This document shows positions 54,995 through 64,000 of a stretch of 64,000 nucleotides of DNA, in pieces. The notes under the pieces were generated by a model, which saw only the letters and a list, made by a program, of their open reading frames with translations, was not told the origin of the DNA and did not search any database. Numbering within the stretch: the stretch's first letter is position 1; every line of letters begins with the position of its first letter. Source of the stretch: Patescibacteria group bacterium (GTDB lineage: Bacteria > Acidobacteriota > Aminicenantia > UBA2199); contig DATKZA010000001.1 of NCBI GenBank assembly GCA_035528155.1, positions 3,444 to 67,443 of the forward strand. The letters are read 5' to 3'. A program made the translations under genes and the position numbers.

Positions 54995-57593
54995 TGGTCT
55001 TGCTTATTTTTACATTTTTTTCGATGTATTCCTGCAGGTTCCTTTTGAAATTCTGGATGATCTCGGCCGGGGCCTTTTCGGCAAATCCACCGCCACTCAA
55101 TTTGCTTTCCATCTGGCCGATCAGCTTGCTCAATTTGTCATGTTCACCGCGCAGTCTTTGCAATTCCTGCTGACGATCCTGGTCGCTGACAAAGGGGAGC
55201 AGGATCTCCCAATTCTGGCTCACGCCCCGGAAGCCTTTCGGCAGGACCGACAGATCGGCGACGATCTCCGTCTGCAGGCTGCGGCTGAGAAAATCGAAAT
55301 ATTTCAAGTGCTTTTCCAGATGTTTTTTTTCCGCCGCCGCTTCGCATTTGAGAAAGATCGGGATTTTTTTATTTGGTTCGATGCGGTTTTCCGTCCTGGT
55401 TTTCCTGGTTTCGGCCACCACTTTTTTCAATGTCTCGATCGCGGCATGGGCTTGGGAAAAAACAAAGTCCTTGTTAAAGGCCGGAAATTCAGTCTGCAGC
55501 AGGAACTCCTTGTCGGTTCTGATCTTTTGGTAGATCTCCTCGCTGATGAACGGCATGAAGGGGTGCAGCAGCTGCAGGATCTTGAAAAGGGTCAGCTTAA
55601 GAACCGAACGGGTCTGGGGACTGGCCAAATCGCTTTTCGAAAACTCCAGGTACCAGTCGCAGTATTCGTCCCAGAGGAAATGGTATATCAGGTCCGCAGC
55701 TTCGTACATGCGGTAGTCGTCAAAACAGCGGTTCACCTTTTCCACCGTGGTGTTCAGCAAGTGCAGAATCCATTTGTCGGTATCGCTGATTCGGCGGGCA
55801 TCGATCACCAGTTCCTCGTCGCCTTTCAGGTTCATGATCACATAGCGGGAAGCGTTCCAGATCTTGTTGGCAAAGGCCTTGTAGCCCTTGATGCGGTTGA
55901 CGGAAAGGGAGATGTCCATGCCCGGAACCGCCTGGATGGCCAGGGTGAAACGCAGGGCATCGGCGCCGTATTCACGGATGATGTCCAGCGGATCGACGGC
56001 GTTGTTCTTGGTCTTGCTCATCTTCTGGCCTTTTTCATCGCGGATCAGGCCATTGATCAGCACTTCGCGGAAAGGAACCGCGCCGCCGAAATGGATGCCC
56101 ATCATGATCATGCGCGCCACCCAGAAAAAAATGATGTCGAAGGCCGTGGCCATGATGGAAGTCGGATAGAAGGTTTTGAAATCCGGGCTGTCGACCTGCC
56201 AGCCTAGAGTGGTGAACGGCCACAGGGCCGATGAGAACCAGGTATCAAGCACATCTTCATCCTGGACCAGCCGCACGCCGGCGCAATGGGGGCAGCGGCC
56301 GGGATCTTCCTCGGCCACCACCACTTCCTGGCAATCCTGGCAATAGTAGGCCGGGATGCGATGCCCCCACCACAATTGCCGGGAAATGCACCAATCCTGG
56401 ATATTTTCCATCCAGTTGTAATATACTTTCTTCCACTTGTCGGGAATGAAAACGATCTGGTTTTCGACGACCGCCCGGATGGCCGGCGGGGCCAATTCCA
56501 CGGTTTTTAAGAACCATTGCTTGGAAATATTCGGTTCGACCACGGTCTCGCAGCGCTGGCAATGGCCGACATTGTGGGTGTACTCTTCTTCTTTTTCAAT
56601 CAATGCCAATGCGCGCAGATCGTTCAGCACTTCCTGCCGGCAGGCGAAGCGGTCCATGCCAATGTATTTTTCCGGGATGGGACCGGTCATGCGAGCCAGT
56701 TCGTCGATGACCACGATCTTTTCCAGGTGGTGCTTCATGGCGATCTTGAAATCGGCTGGGTCGTGGGCCGGGGTGACCTTCACCGCCCCGGTACCGAAAT
56801 TCCTGTCCACGTCATCATCACCTACCAGGGAAATGGTACGGCCGGTCAGCGGCAGGAGGATTTCCTGGCCGATCAATTTTTTGTAGCGGGTATCCTTGGG
56901 GTGGACCGCCACCGCCACATCGCCGAGCATGGTTTCCGGCCGGGTGGTGGCCACTACCACCCAGCGCCCCGGGTCCTGGCGCAGTGGGTAGCGGATATAG
57001 GTCAGCCGGCCATGGACCTCCTTGTGTTCCACTTCCAGGTCGGAAAGAACTGTTTTGCAGCTGGGACAGCGGTTCACCATGTAGGTTCCTTGGTAAATTT
57101 TGCCTTCGCGGTACAACTTGACGAAAACTTTCCTGACCACCTGCTGCATTTCGTCGCTCAAGGTGAATTTCATCCGGCTCCAATCCAGCGCCAATCCCAG
57201 TTTCTTGATCTGGTTCACGATCTTCTGCTGCGAAGCGTTTTTCCAATCCCAGACCAGCTGTAGAAATTGTTCACGGCCCAGATCCTCTTTGCTCAATCCC
57301 TTTTCTTTTTTTAGATTTTTTTCCACCATCATCTGCGTGGCGATGCCGGCATGGTCAACCCCGGGCAGCCACAGCACGTTGAAGCCCTGCATTTTTTTTC
57401 GGCGCACGATGATGTCGGGCAGGGAAAGGGTCAGGGCATGGCCGATGTGCAGCGAACCGGTCACATTGGGGGGGGGCAGGATGATTGAAAAAGGAATGCC
57501 GGCGTCATCGCTCGCGGGAGTGAACAGGCTGTTCTCTTCCCAGCGGCGATACCAGTCGCTTTCGGTCTGTAAATGGTCATAAGCTTTTTCCAT
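54978..57593 (-). CDS. valS: valine--tRNA ligase
   Basis: PPPNVTGSLHIGHA (HIGH) and KMSKT motifs; start taken at MEKAYDHL. Confidence 0.95.
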   Translation of the reverse strand: MEKAYDHLQTESDWYRRWEENSLFTPASDDAGIPFSIILPPPNVTGSLHIGHALTLSLPDIIVRRKKMQGFNVLWLPGVDHAGIATQMMVEKNLKKEKGLSKEDLGREQFLQLVWDWKNASQQKIVNQIKKLGLALDWSRMKFTLSDEMQQVVRKVFVKLYREGKIYQGTYMVNRCPSCKTVLSDLEVEHKEVHGRLTYIRYPLRQDPGRWVVVATTRPETMLGDVAVAVHPKDTRYKKLIGQEILLPLTGRTISLVGDDDVDRNFGTGAVKVTPAHDPADFKIAMKHHLEKIVVIDELARMTGPIPEKYIGMDRFACRQEVLNDLRALALIEKEEEYTHNVGHCQRCETVVEPNISKQWFLKTVELAPPAIRAVVENQIVFIPDKWKKVYYNWMENIQDWCISRQLWWGHRIPAYYCQDCQEVVVAEEDPGRCPHCAGVRLVQDEDVLDTWFSSALWPFTTLGWQVDSPDFKTFYPTSIMATAFDIIFFWVARMIMMGIHFGGAVPFREVLINGLIRDEKGQKMSKTKNNAVDPLDIIREYGADALRFTLAIQAVPGMDISLSVNRIKGYKAFANKIWNASRYVIMNLKGDEELVIDARRISDTDKWILHLLNTTVEKVNRCFDDYRMYEAADLIYHFLWDEYCDWYLEFSKSDLASPQTRSVLKLTLFKILQLLHPFMPFISEEIYQKIRTDKEFLLQTEFPAFNKDFVFSQAHAAIETLKKVVAETRKTRTENRIEPNKKIPIFLKCEAAAEKKHLEKHLKYFDFLSRSLQTEIVADLSVLPKGFRGVSQNWEILLPFVSDQDRQQELQRLRGEHDKLSKLIGQMESKLSGGGFAEKAPAEIIQNFKRNLQEYIEKNVKISKTIDDLS

Positions 57594-57629
57594 ATTCATT
57601 TCCACTTGCTTAAAACTCCAAAGAATAAA

Positions 57630-58976
57630 TTACAAACCGCTGTTGCTCAGATCGGATTTGATTTTATCGATTTCTTCTTTAATGATCTTTTCGGCCAAGG
57701 GCGGAACGATCTCCCAAAGCAGTTCTTTGATGGTCAGGCTTAACTTTTCTTCGAGTTTTCCGGTCATTGCCAATTTTTCCGGCAGCGGTACTCCGGGATC
57801 GGACTTAGTCTCTTTTTTGGGCATGTTGACCAGTTTTTCCAATTCGGCCTCGGGCGAGCTCACTTCAAGCTGCGTTTTTTTGACAGCCGTTTCCTTTTCA
57901 AAAACCTTGTTCTCAAAAAATTCTGAATCCTTTTCCGGCTTTTGTCCGGGGGCCATGAGATCGATGATGCTGTCCGGGCCGGCATGGATGGTTTTCGCTG
58001 GAGAATTCAGCTCACTCTTGTCAAATTCCAGCGCGAATTTTTCCCCGCTTTCCATCAATTTATCATCTTTCTGATCGACGGGGAACTGCAGATCATCACT
58101 ATCGGGCATCTGCGACGATTCCAATGATGATTTAAGCAGATCCGCGGAAGTGTCTTCCTTGGCAATTTCAAGGAACCGATCATGAAATTCATCGGATGCG
58201 TCTTTGGGTTTGCTGTCTGCCTGCGGAGTTTTGAGCACGGATTTCGTATCAAATTCTGGAGCCAAAGGAGCGGCAGCCCCCGGATGCGCCGGGTTTATTT
58301 CCTCAAAAGCGGGTTCCTCTTCGAAGGGATTCTTGATGTTTTCTTCGGTTTCAATCGGCATCAGGTTATCTTTGAGTGGCTGAGTCCCTTGCGTGATCTC
58401 TTCGGAAGGCAGCACTTCATCCCGCTCCAGAACCTGGTTCCTGGCCGTAGGGTGATCCGCAGGAGGCGGCACTTCCATTTCGCCGCGAATGTCGGAAAAG
58501 CTGATATCTTCACTGTCCGGGGCGTTGGGCTCGATCTCGGGGAAATCTTCCGGAAATGAACTGGGCCCCGCCTCGGCAACTTTCCTGGGTACTTTTTTTT
58601 CTTCCTCGTTGACGATCTTCATGACCGCACTGACCAGGGCATTGGAATCAAAAGGCTTGGTGACAATGTCCTCATATTTGAGGTTTTTGATCATTTCGTT
58701 ATCCACCGGTTCGAAACTGCCCTTCATTAAAAAAACCCGGCAATGATTCAAAGTGGGGGTTTCGTTGATGAAACGGCAAATATCGTAGCCATTGGTCTCA
58801 GGCAATTTGATGTCCACGATCACCACGGCGGGGTTCAATTGCAGCAATTTCTCCTTGATTCCGGATCCGTTCTCGAAACTGCGCACTTCTATATTTTCAA
58901 TTTCGGAAAATGATAATTCGACAATCCGGCGGATCGTGTAACTATTATCAGCCAGAACAATCGCTTTTTTATTCAT
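57630..58976 (-). CDS. response-regulator receiver domain protein with ~330-aa acidic low-complexity C-terminal region
   Basis: REC motifs (VVIVDIKLPETNGYD, VTKP); tail rich in E/D/K/P/S ending LLWEIVPPLAEKIIKEEIDKIK; start at MNKKAIVLADN. Confidence 0.7.
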   Translation of the reverse strand: MNKKAIVLADNSYTIRRIVELSFSEIENIEVRSFENGSGIKEKLLQLNPAVVIVDIKLPETNGYDICRFINETPTLNHCRVFLMKGSFEPVDNEMIKNLKYEDIVTKPFDSNALVSAVMKIVNEEEKKVPRKVAEAGPSSFPEDFPEIEPNAPDSEDISFSDIRGEMEVPPPADHPTARNQVLERDEVLPSEEITQGTQPLKDNLMPIETEENIKNPFEEEPAFEEINPAHPGAAAPLAPEFDTKSVLKTPQADSKPKDASDEFHDRFLEIAKEDTSADLLKSSLESSQMPDSDDLQFPVDQKDDKLMESGEKFALEFDKSELNSPAKTIHAGPDSIIDLMAPGQKPEKDSEFFENKVFEKETAVKKTQLEVSSPEAELEKLVNMPKKETKSDPGVPLPEKLAMTGKLEEKLSLTIKELLWEIVPPLAEKIIKEEIDKIKSDLSNSGL

Positions 58977-59094
58977 TCCGGTCCTCCTGAACCTTATCCG
59001 TCTTTTGTATACAGTAATTTCTATCACTTTTCCAACAATAATGTCAAGTTAAAATATTGACTTTTTAATTTTTTTGTATGAAAATAATTCCATC

Positions 59095-59487
59095 ATGCAC
59101 AGAATAAAAGTCCTGATCGCCAAACCCGGTTTGGACGGGCATGACCGCGGTGCCAAAATCGTGGCCAAGTATCTCCGCGACGCAGGCATGGAAGTCATAT
59201 ACACCGGGCTGCGCCAATCACCCGAGACCATCGTCAACACTGCGATCCAGGAAGATGTCTCCATCATCGGCCTGAGCATCCTTTCAGGCGCTCACCTGCA
59301 GTTGTGCAAAAAGATCATGGCGGTTTACAAGGAAAAGGAAATTCTTCCACCCCCGATGTTTTTGGGCGGCATCATTCCCGGCGCCGACATGCCGGAATTG
59401 GCAAAAATCGGCATCCAGGAAGTTTTCCCTCCCGGTACGCCGCTGGAACACATCGCTGGCAAGGTCAGGGAGATTGTCGGGCAATGA
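59095..59487 (+). CDS. stand-alone cobalamin (B12)-binding domain protein (methylmalonyl-CoA mutase C-terminal domain-like)
   Basis: RIKVLIAKPGLDGHDRGAKIVA (DxHxxG B12-binding motif); alternative start ATG 59074. Confidence 0.7.
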   Translation: MHRIKVLIAKPGLDGHDRGAKIVAKYLRDAGMEVIYTGLRQSPETIVNTAIQEDVSIIGLSILSGAHLQLCKKIMAVYKEKEILPPPMFLGGIIPGADMPELAKIGIQEVFPPGTPLEHIAGKVREIVGQ

Positions 59488-59554
59488 CGGCAACCATGGT
59501 TGACAAAACCAACCGTTTGTTCTACAATCAAAACACCCAGGTAAGCAAATAGCA

Positions 59555-60484
59555 ATGAAAACTGCCAAACAAACCCGTAACTATTCGGTTATCATCGTTT
59601 CCGACGCCACAGCATCCAACAAGGAATTCACTGTTTCTTCAAAATTGGTCAAAAATGCCGTTCTGGCTTTCTCTTTCCTGGTCATTTTCTTCGGCTTCAT
59701 CATTTTCCATTACTTGACCATGACCCTGGACAAGCAAAAAATGAAGCGCCTCGAGCTTGACGCCAAGGACAAGCGGCAAAAAATAAGCGAATTGTCCTCC
59801 ACCATCGAGGATCTCAACAAGCGCCTCAAGAACATGGAGATCTACAAGGAAAGGATCATGGTGGCCACCGGACTGACCTCGCCCATGGCGCTCAAAGAAG
59901 TGGGCAGCGGCGGTCCCGAATTCGGCAATGCCGGCGACAATTTTTCGGGCGCGCCGGGAGTGATTCCCGCCCCCCAGTCCCTGCTGCAGGTCCCCAAAAC
60001 CGCTGATATCAGAGACAAAGCCCAAAAAATAGAGGATTCACTCAAATCCGTGGAAAAGTTCGTCAACCAGCAGAAGCTTCAGCTTGCCTCCACTCCGGTC
60101 ATCTGGCCCACCCGAGGCTACATTTCCGGCGTCTTCGGCAACCGGGTCCATCCTTTCACCGGCCGCTATGAATTTCATTACGCCATCGATATCGCCACCC
60201 AGCTGGGCAACAAGATCATCGCCCCGGCCGACGGCGTGGTCCTGGTGGCCGAACCCAAGCAATATTACGGCAAAATGATTCTTATCGACCACGGTTTCGG
60301 CTATGTTACCCGCTACGGCCATCTTTCGGGATTCAATGTCCGTGAAGGCCAACGCGTTCATCGCTATGACGTCATCGGTACCGTCGGGACCACGGGGAGA
60401 AGCAACGGCCCCCACTTGCATTACGAGGTCCGCTATTTCGATAAGCCCATGAATCCCGCCGATTTTATCCTGGATAGTCAGTAA
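59555..60484 (+). CDS. M23 family metallopeptidase with N-terminal TM and coiled coil (EnvC/LytM-like)
   Basis: HYAIDIA and GPHLHYEV zinc-binding motifs. Confidence 0.8.
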   Translation: MKTAKQTRNYSVIIVSDATASNKEFTVSSKLVKNAVLAFSFLVIFFGFIIFHYLTMTLDKQKMKRLELDAKDKRQKISELSSTIEDLNKRLKNMEIYKERIMVATGLTSPMALKEVGSGGPEFGNAGDNFSGAPGVIPAPQSLLQVPKTADIRDKAQKIEDSLKSVEKFVNQQKLQLASTPVIWPTRGYISGVFGNRVHPFTGRYEFHYAIDIATQLGNKIIAPADGVVLVAEPKQYYGKMILIDHGFGYVTRYGHLSGFNVREGQRVHRYDVIGTVGTTGRSNGPHLHYEVRYFDKPMNPADFILDSQ

Positions 60485-60536
60485 CCGATCCAGCGATTCC
60501 CCCTTCCCGTTTTTTTGATTAAATTGTTGAATTGTC

Positions 60537-60565
60537 TTGATTTTAATTTTTAAATTACTTATAAT
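60537..60565 (+). promoter_or_regulatory. sigma70 promoter TTGATT-17-TATAAT
   Basis: Upstream of lipoprotein gene; ~100-nt leader; GGAGG RBS at 60657-60661. Confidence 0.5.
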
Positions 60566-60666
60566 CCATGCGCATGAGCAAAACGCACTGCACAAAGCAA
60601 AAAGGGCATGGAAAAAAATGTTTCCCTGTATCCCAAACAATTTATAAAATTTACGAGGAGGAATGC

Positions 60667-61362
60667 ATGAAAAAAGTACTGGTTTTGGTCGCTTTAATTT
60701 TTTTGATTATGATCACCACATCCTGTCAAAAACCCGAGGAGATCACGATCTCCAAATATTTTCAGGCCATGAAGGCCAAAGACAGGGACACCATGGCAGC
60801 CATGGCCGCTGAGCCTGTCTCACTGGAATTCAAATCCTGGGAACTGGTTTCCAGTGAAGTACCGGAGAGCAAAGACCTCATCCTACCGCAGTTGATCAAA
60901 GAATTGGCTGATGTCAAGAAAAAGAAAGATACCCAGATCCTTTTGGTCAAAGACAAAAAAGACGCACTGGACCAGTTGAAGACCAGACTGGGCGAAACCC
61001 GCGGCCGCAGACAGAAAGCCGAGTTACAGAAGCAAATCACCGATATGGAAATGGAAGTGGAAACCGAAACCGCCAACTACAAGCGGGACCAGATGGATTA
61101 TACCCAGATGAAAAACCAGGTCGAAAACGAAAAGAAAATGGTCACCCTGTCCACCAATATCGAACAGAACCAGGAGCTCTTTGCCGGCAAAACCATCAAC
61201 GCCAAATCGATCGTCAAGATCACCACGGCCGACGGCGAAAAGGACTATGTTTTCCTGCTGAGAAAATTTGAACTGATCAATCCCGTTTCCAACAAGGTAT
61301 TTTCCAACCGCTACATCATTTTGAAAATCATGCCCAAAGAAGATTTTGAACAAGGGAATTAA
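60667..61362 (+). CDS. putative lipoprotein with coiled-coil region (hypothetical)
   Basis: Signal peptide LVALIFLIMITTSC with Cys; K/E-rich helical region; AT-rich gene. Confidence 0.55.
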   Translation: MKKVLVLVALIFLIMITTSCQKPEEITISKYFQAMKAKDRDTMAAMAAEPVSLEFKSWELVSSEVPESKDLILPQLIKELADVKKKKDTQILLVKDKKDALDQLKTRLGETRGRRQKAELQKQITDMEMEVETETANYKRDQMDYTQMKNQVENEKKMVTLSTNIEQNQELFAGKTINAKSIVKITTADGEKDYVFLLRKFELINPVSNKVFSNRYIILKIMPKEDFEQGN

Positions 61363-61384
61363 GCTTATTTATTAATCCCCCTCA

Positions 61385-61422
61385 TAAAAATTGGCCGCGG
61401 GAGCAGACAAGCGGCTCCCGCG
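61385..61422 (+). terminator. rho-independent terminator
   Basis: 10-bp stem CCGCGGGAGC / GCTCCCGCGG followed by TTTGTTTTT. Confidence 0.8.
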
Positions 61423-61508
61423 GTTTGTTTTTCCCTTCAAGTCATGAACACATTTCCCGGTTCAATTCTTTGATTTGCTCAAAAAAAAATCCAGCATGGA
61501 GAATCAAA

Positions 61509-63551
61509 ATGAAGAAAATTTCAATCTTTTTTTTATGCCTGTTCCTGACCGCCTCGCTCTGGAGCCAAAAAAGGGCCCTGAATTTTGAGGACATGTTCGC
61601 GGCCGGCCGTCTTTCATCCCCGACCGTCTCGCCCGACGGCAAGTGGGTCGTTTTCGCGGTAAAAACCCCGGACATCGCCGCCAACACCTACCAGACCCAC
61701 CTCTATGCGGCGGACCTGCAAGGGCGAAGCTTGAAAAAATTAACCGACGGCAAGGGCAACCATTCCCAGCCCCGCTTCATGAGATCGGGCCTCTTGACCT
61801 TCGTTTCCACCCGGGATGGTGACCCACAGCTCTTTTCACTTGACCTGAAGAATCCCGGCGAAGTCAAGGCAGTCACCGCAGTTGCCGGCGGCGTCAGCGA
61901 CTTCATTTGGTCAAGCGACGAAAAAAGCATCGCTTTCGCCAAAGATGTCGACCCACGGGCCAAAAGTTTCGCCGCAGCCGTGGCCATGGAGAAAGAGACC
62001 GCGGCCTCGAAGGTCAAGGCCAAATTGCTGACCGGCCTGCTTTTCCGCGTCTGGGATTCCTGGCGCAATGGCCTGCGCAGTCATGTCTTTCTACACCAGC
62101 CCGGCACGTCCGGATTCACCGACCTGACCCCGGGCGAGTTCGACACGCCGCCGCTGGACCTGGGCGGCAGCCAGGATTACCTCTTTTCCAGCGATGGCAA
62201 TTGGTTTGCCTTCGTGAAAAACACCGATCCAGTGGTGGCCGTTTCCACCAACAATGACGTCTATCTACGCGACTTGCGCAGCGGCCAGGAAAAAAACATC
62301 AGCATCGACAACAAGGGCGGGGATGCCAATCCGGTCTTTTCGCCTAAAAACAAATACCTGGCCTACCTGTCCATGCGCCGGCCCGGCTTCGAAGCCGACA
62401 AAAAAGACATCATTCTCACCAACCTGAAAAGCGGGGCGCGACTGAACCTCACTGCGGCTTTTCCCGATACCATCGCCTCTTTCGTATTCAGCGCCGATGA
62501 AAAAGCCATTTACTTCATCGCTTCGCAAAGCATCTATGAGCCGATCTTCAAGTTGCATATCGCCTCCAAAAAGATCGAAAAGATCGTTGCCGCCGTCAAT
62601 GCCAATTCCCTGCGCCTGACCCCGGACGGCAAGTCCCTGGTCTACCTGGCCCAGACGGTGGCCATGCCCCATGAAATTTTCAAATACGACCTGCGCCGGC
62701 GCCAACAAACACAGCTGACCCATTTCAACCGCGAGATCTTCAAGGACGTGCAGATGAACCGGGCCGAGACCTTCCGCTTCCAGGGCGCCAAAGATGAAAT
62801 GGTGGAGGGCATGCTGCTCAAGCCGCCGTTCTTTGATGCCAACAAAAAATACCCGCTGGTGTTTTTGGTTCACGGCGGGCCGCAGAACGCCTGGACCGAC
62901 GATTTCCATTACCGCTGGAACCACAGCCTGTTCGCATCTCCCGGCTACGTGGTGGCGGCGATCAACTTTCACGGCAGCCCGGGCTATGGCCAGGCCTTCA
63001 CCGATTCGATCTCAGGAGACTGGGGCGGCGCGCCCTTCGTCGACCTGGTCAAGGGCCAGCAGTACCTGGTGGAAAATTATCCCTTCATCGACAAGGACAA
63101 GATCGTGGCCGCCGGCGCCTCCTACGGCGGCTTCATGCTCAACTGGATGGCCGGCCACAGCGACGAGTTCAAATATCCCTTCCGCTGCCTGGTTTCCCAC
63201 GACGGCATCTTCGATTCGCGCAGCATGTACTATTCCACCGAGGAGCTGTGGTTCGAGGAATGGGAGCACGGCGGCACCCCCTGGGAAAGCGCTTTATACG
63301 AAAAGTGGAACCCGGCCAACTACGTCGACAAGTTCAAGATACCCATGCTGGTCGTGCATGGCGAGAACGATTACCGCGTGCCGGTCAGCCAGGGGCTGAT
63401 GCTGTTCACCGCCCTGCAGCGGCGCGGCGTGGAATCAAAAATGCTCTATTTCCCCGACGAGAATCATTTCGTGCAGAAGCCGCAGAACGCGCGCCTGTGG
63501 TGGCAGACGGTTCTCGGTTGGTTCGCGGAGAATATCGGCGACGCGAAATAA
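61509..63551 (+). CDS. S9 family serine peptidase (prolyl oligopeptidase/dipeptidyl-aminopeptidase-like) with N-terminal beta-propeller and signal peptide
   Basis: GASYGGFM nucleophile elbow, VHGENDYRVP, beta-propeller repeats; ATG 61509. Confidence 0.85.
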   Translation: MKKISIFFLCLFLTASLWSQKRALNFEDMFAAGRLSSPTVSPDGKWVVFAVKTPDIAANTYQTHLYAADLQGRSLKKLTDGKGNHSQPRFMRSGLLTFVSTRDGDPQLFSLDLKNPGEVKAVTAVAGGVSDFIWSSDEKSIAFAKDVDPRAKSFAAAVAMEKETAASKVKAKLLTGLLFRVWDSWRNGLRSHVFLHQPGTSGFTDLTPGEFDTPPLDLGGSQDYLFSSDGNWFAFVKNTDPVVAVSTNNDVYLRDLRSGQEKNISIDNKGGDANPVFSPKNKYLAYLSMRRPGFEADKKDIILTNLKSGARLNLTAAFPDTIASFVFSADEKAIYFIASQSIYEPIFKLHIASKKIEKIVAAVNANSLRLTPDGKSLVYLAQTVAMPHEIFKYDLRRRQQTQLTHFNREIFKDVQMNRAETFRFQGAKDEMVEGMLLKPPFFDANKKYPLVFLVHGGPQNAWTDDFHYRWNHSLFASPGYVVAAINFHGSPGYGQAFTDSISGDWGGAPFVDLVKGQQYLVENYPFIDKDKIVAAGASYGGFMLNWMAGHSDEFKYPFRCLVSHDGIFDSRSMYYSTEELWFEEWEHGGTPWESALYEKWNPANYVDKFKIPMLVVHGENDYRVPVSQGLMLFTALQRRGVESKMLYFPDENHFVQKPQNARLWWQTVLGWFAENIGDAK

Positions 63552-63581
63552 ACCTGTACCCGAAAAACGGTTTTTCCCTTT

Positions 63582-63929
63582 TCAGCCCCGGACAAAATGG
63601 GGCAGATCAAGGGGAATGACCAGGGAAAATTCCACCAGGCCGGCGAGTGTGCCGTTTTCGTGCCAGGGCACCTGGTGGATCAGTTTCTTCACGCCGTTCT
63701 TTTCGATCGCGTAACTGTTGCTGATGCCGGCAGCCATGATATGGCGGATCTTTTCACGTGCCGGCTCAGGGTGGCACGCCAGCAGGTTTTTCCCCAACAG
63801 GGCTTTGCCGCCGTCGGCGGCGAAGGTTTGCGCGGACTTGTCATTCATGTAAACGATAATGCCCTCGCGGTCGCAGACCGTAACCGCCACGTCGATGCCT
63901 TCGATCCAGGTTGGGGATTCCATGATCAC
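63582..63929 (-). CDS. PAS-domain protein (single sensor domain)
   Basis: 115 aa; PAS-like core (VCDREGIIVYMNDKSAQTF). Confidence 0.5.
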   Translation of the reverse strand: MIMESPTWIEGIDVAVTVCDREGIIVYMNDKSAQTFAADGGKALLGKNLLACHPEPAREKIRHIMAAGISNSYAIEKNGVKKLIHQVPWHENGTLAGLVEFSLVIPLDLPHFVRG

Positions 63930-64000
63930 ATCGATATGCTCAGCGGTCAGAAGTCAGAGAACAGAAGGCAGAAGTCCGCTTGATTGATGCTTTTTTCTGC

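Noticed and set aside
63555-63603. Terminator hairpins between the convergent S9 peptidase and PAS genes
   Set aside because: Only short AT-rich (GAAAAAC/GTTTTTC) or 5-bp GC stems are present. They partly overlap the PAS ORF end and are too weak to call.
1-64000. Prophage, IS element, integron or defence island
   Set aside because: No integrase, transposase, recombinase, terminal inverted repeats or tRNA insertion sites were seen. Apart from the single AT-rich SBBP gene, composition is uniform.

Overview
This is a 64 kb segment of a high-GC bacterial chromosome, roughly 55-62% G+C by eye, with a few clearly AT-rich genes. I found no rRNA, tRNA or CRISPR array, and no integrase or transposase. 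Genes are densely packed with many start/stop overlaps, and I call about 58 protein-coding genes.

The backbone is housekeeping. On the plus strand are arfB, msrAB and nrdJ (class II B12-dependent ribonucleotide reductase). On the minus strand are purM, valS and birA, a pcnB-like nucleotidyltransferase gene, and a compact division/cell-wall cluster running mraZ-rsmH-ftsL-ftsI-murE-murF-murD-ftsW-murC-ftsQ-ftsA-ftsZ. That cluster lacks mraY, murG and ddl in this window, and murB lies 22 kb away.

The accessory-looking content is as follows:
- A purM / secreted hexa-repeat protein / tupABC (tungstate ABC transporter) operon. The repeat protein carries six tandem 13-aa 'K-Y-E-S-Q-A-D' repeats that I cannot assign to a named family.
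- Two tandem paralogous genes for lipocalin-like membrane proteins that share a 53-bp identical DNA block.
- A GntR / ECF-sigma / ABC-ATPase / permease module. The permease has a 280-aa extracytoplasmic domain.
- Two paralogous genes for secreted ankyrin-repeat + metallo-beta-lactamase-fold fusion proteins. They flank a strongly AT-rich, apparently horizontally acquired SBBP beta-propeller gene.
- A gene for a DUF5916/CBM9-like outer-membrane protein.
- Two paralogous genes for signal-peptide-bearing SAM-methyltransferase-fold proteins, flanking an APC amino-acid permease gene.
- A DgkA-PAP2 fusion gene.
- A cNMP-binding-FHA fusion gene.
- A gene for a response regulator with a 330-aa acidic disordered tail.
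- A gene for an orphan B12-binding domain protein.

Regulatory sites include a consensus TTGACA-17-TATAAT promoter for nrdJ and three TGGGA direct repeats at 10-bp spacing over the mraZ start, which look like a MraZ operator. There is also a palindromic operator upstream of the GntR gene, a leaderless promoter for msrAB, and several intrinsic terminators.

All assignments come from reading motifs in the translated ORFs. I could not run any database search, so family names are my recognition of motifs, not hits. I see no canonical defence, secretion or mobile system. The candidates for something genuinely undescribed are the hexa-repeat protein in the tungstate operon, the ankyrin-MBL/SBBP locus and the GntR-sigma-ABC module.
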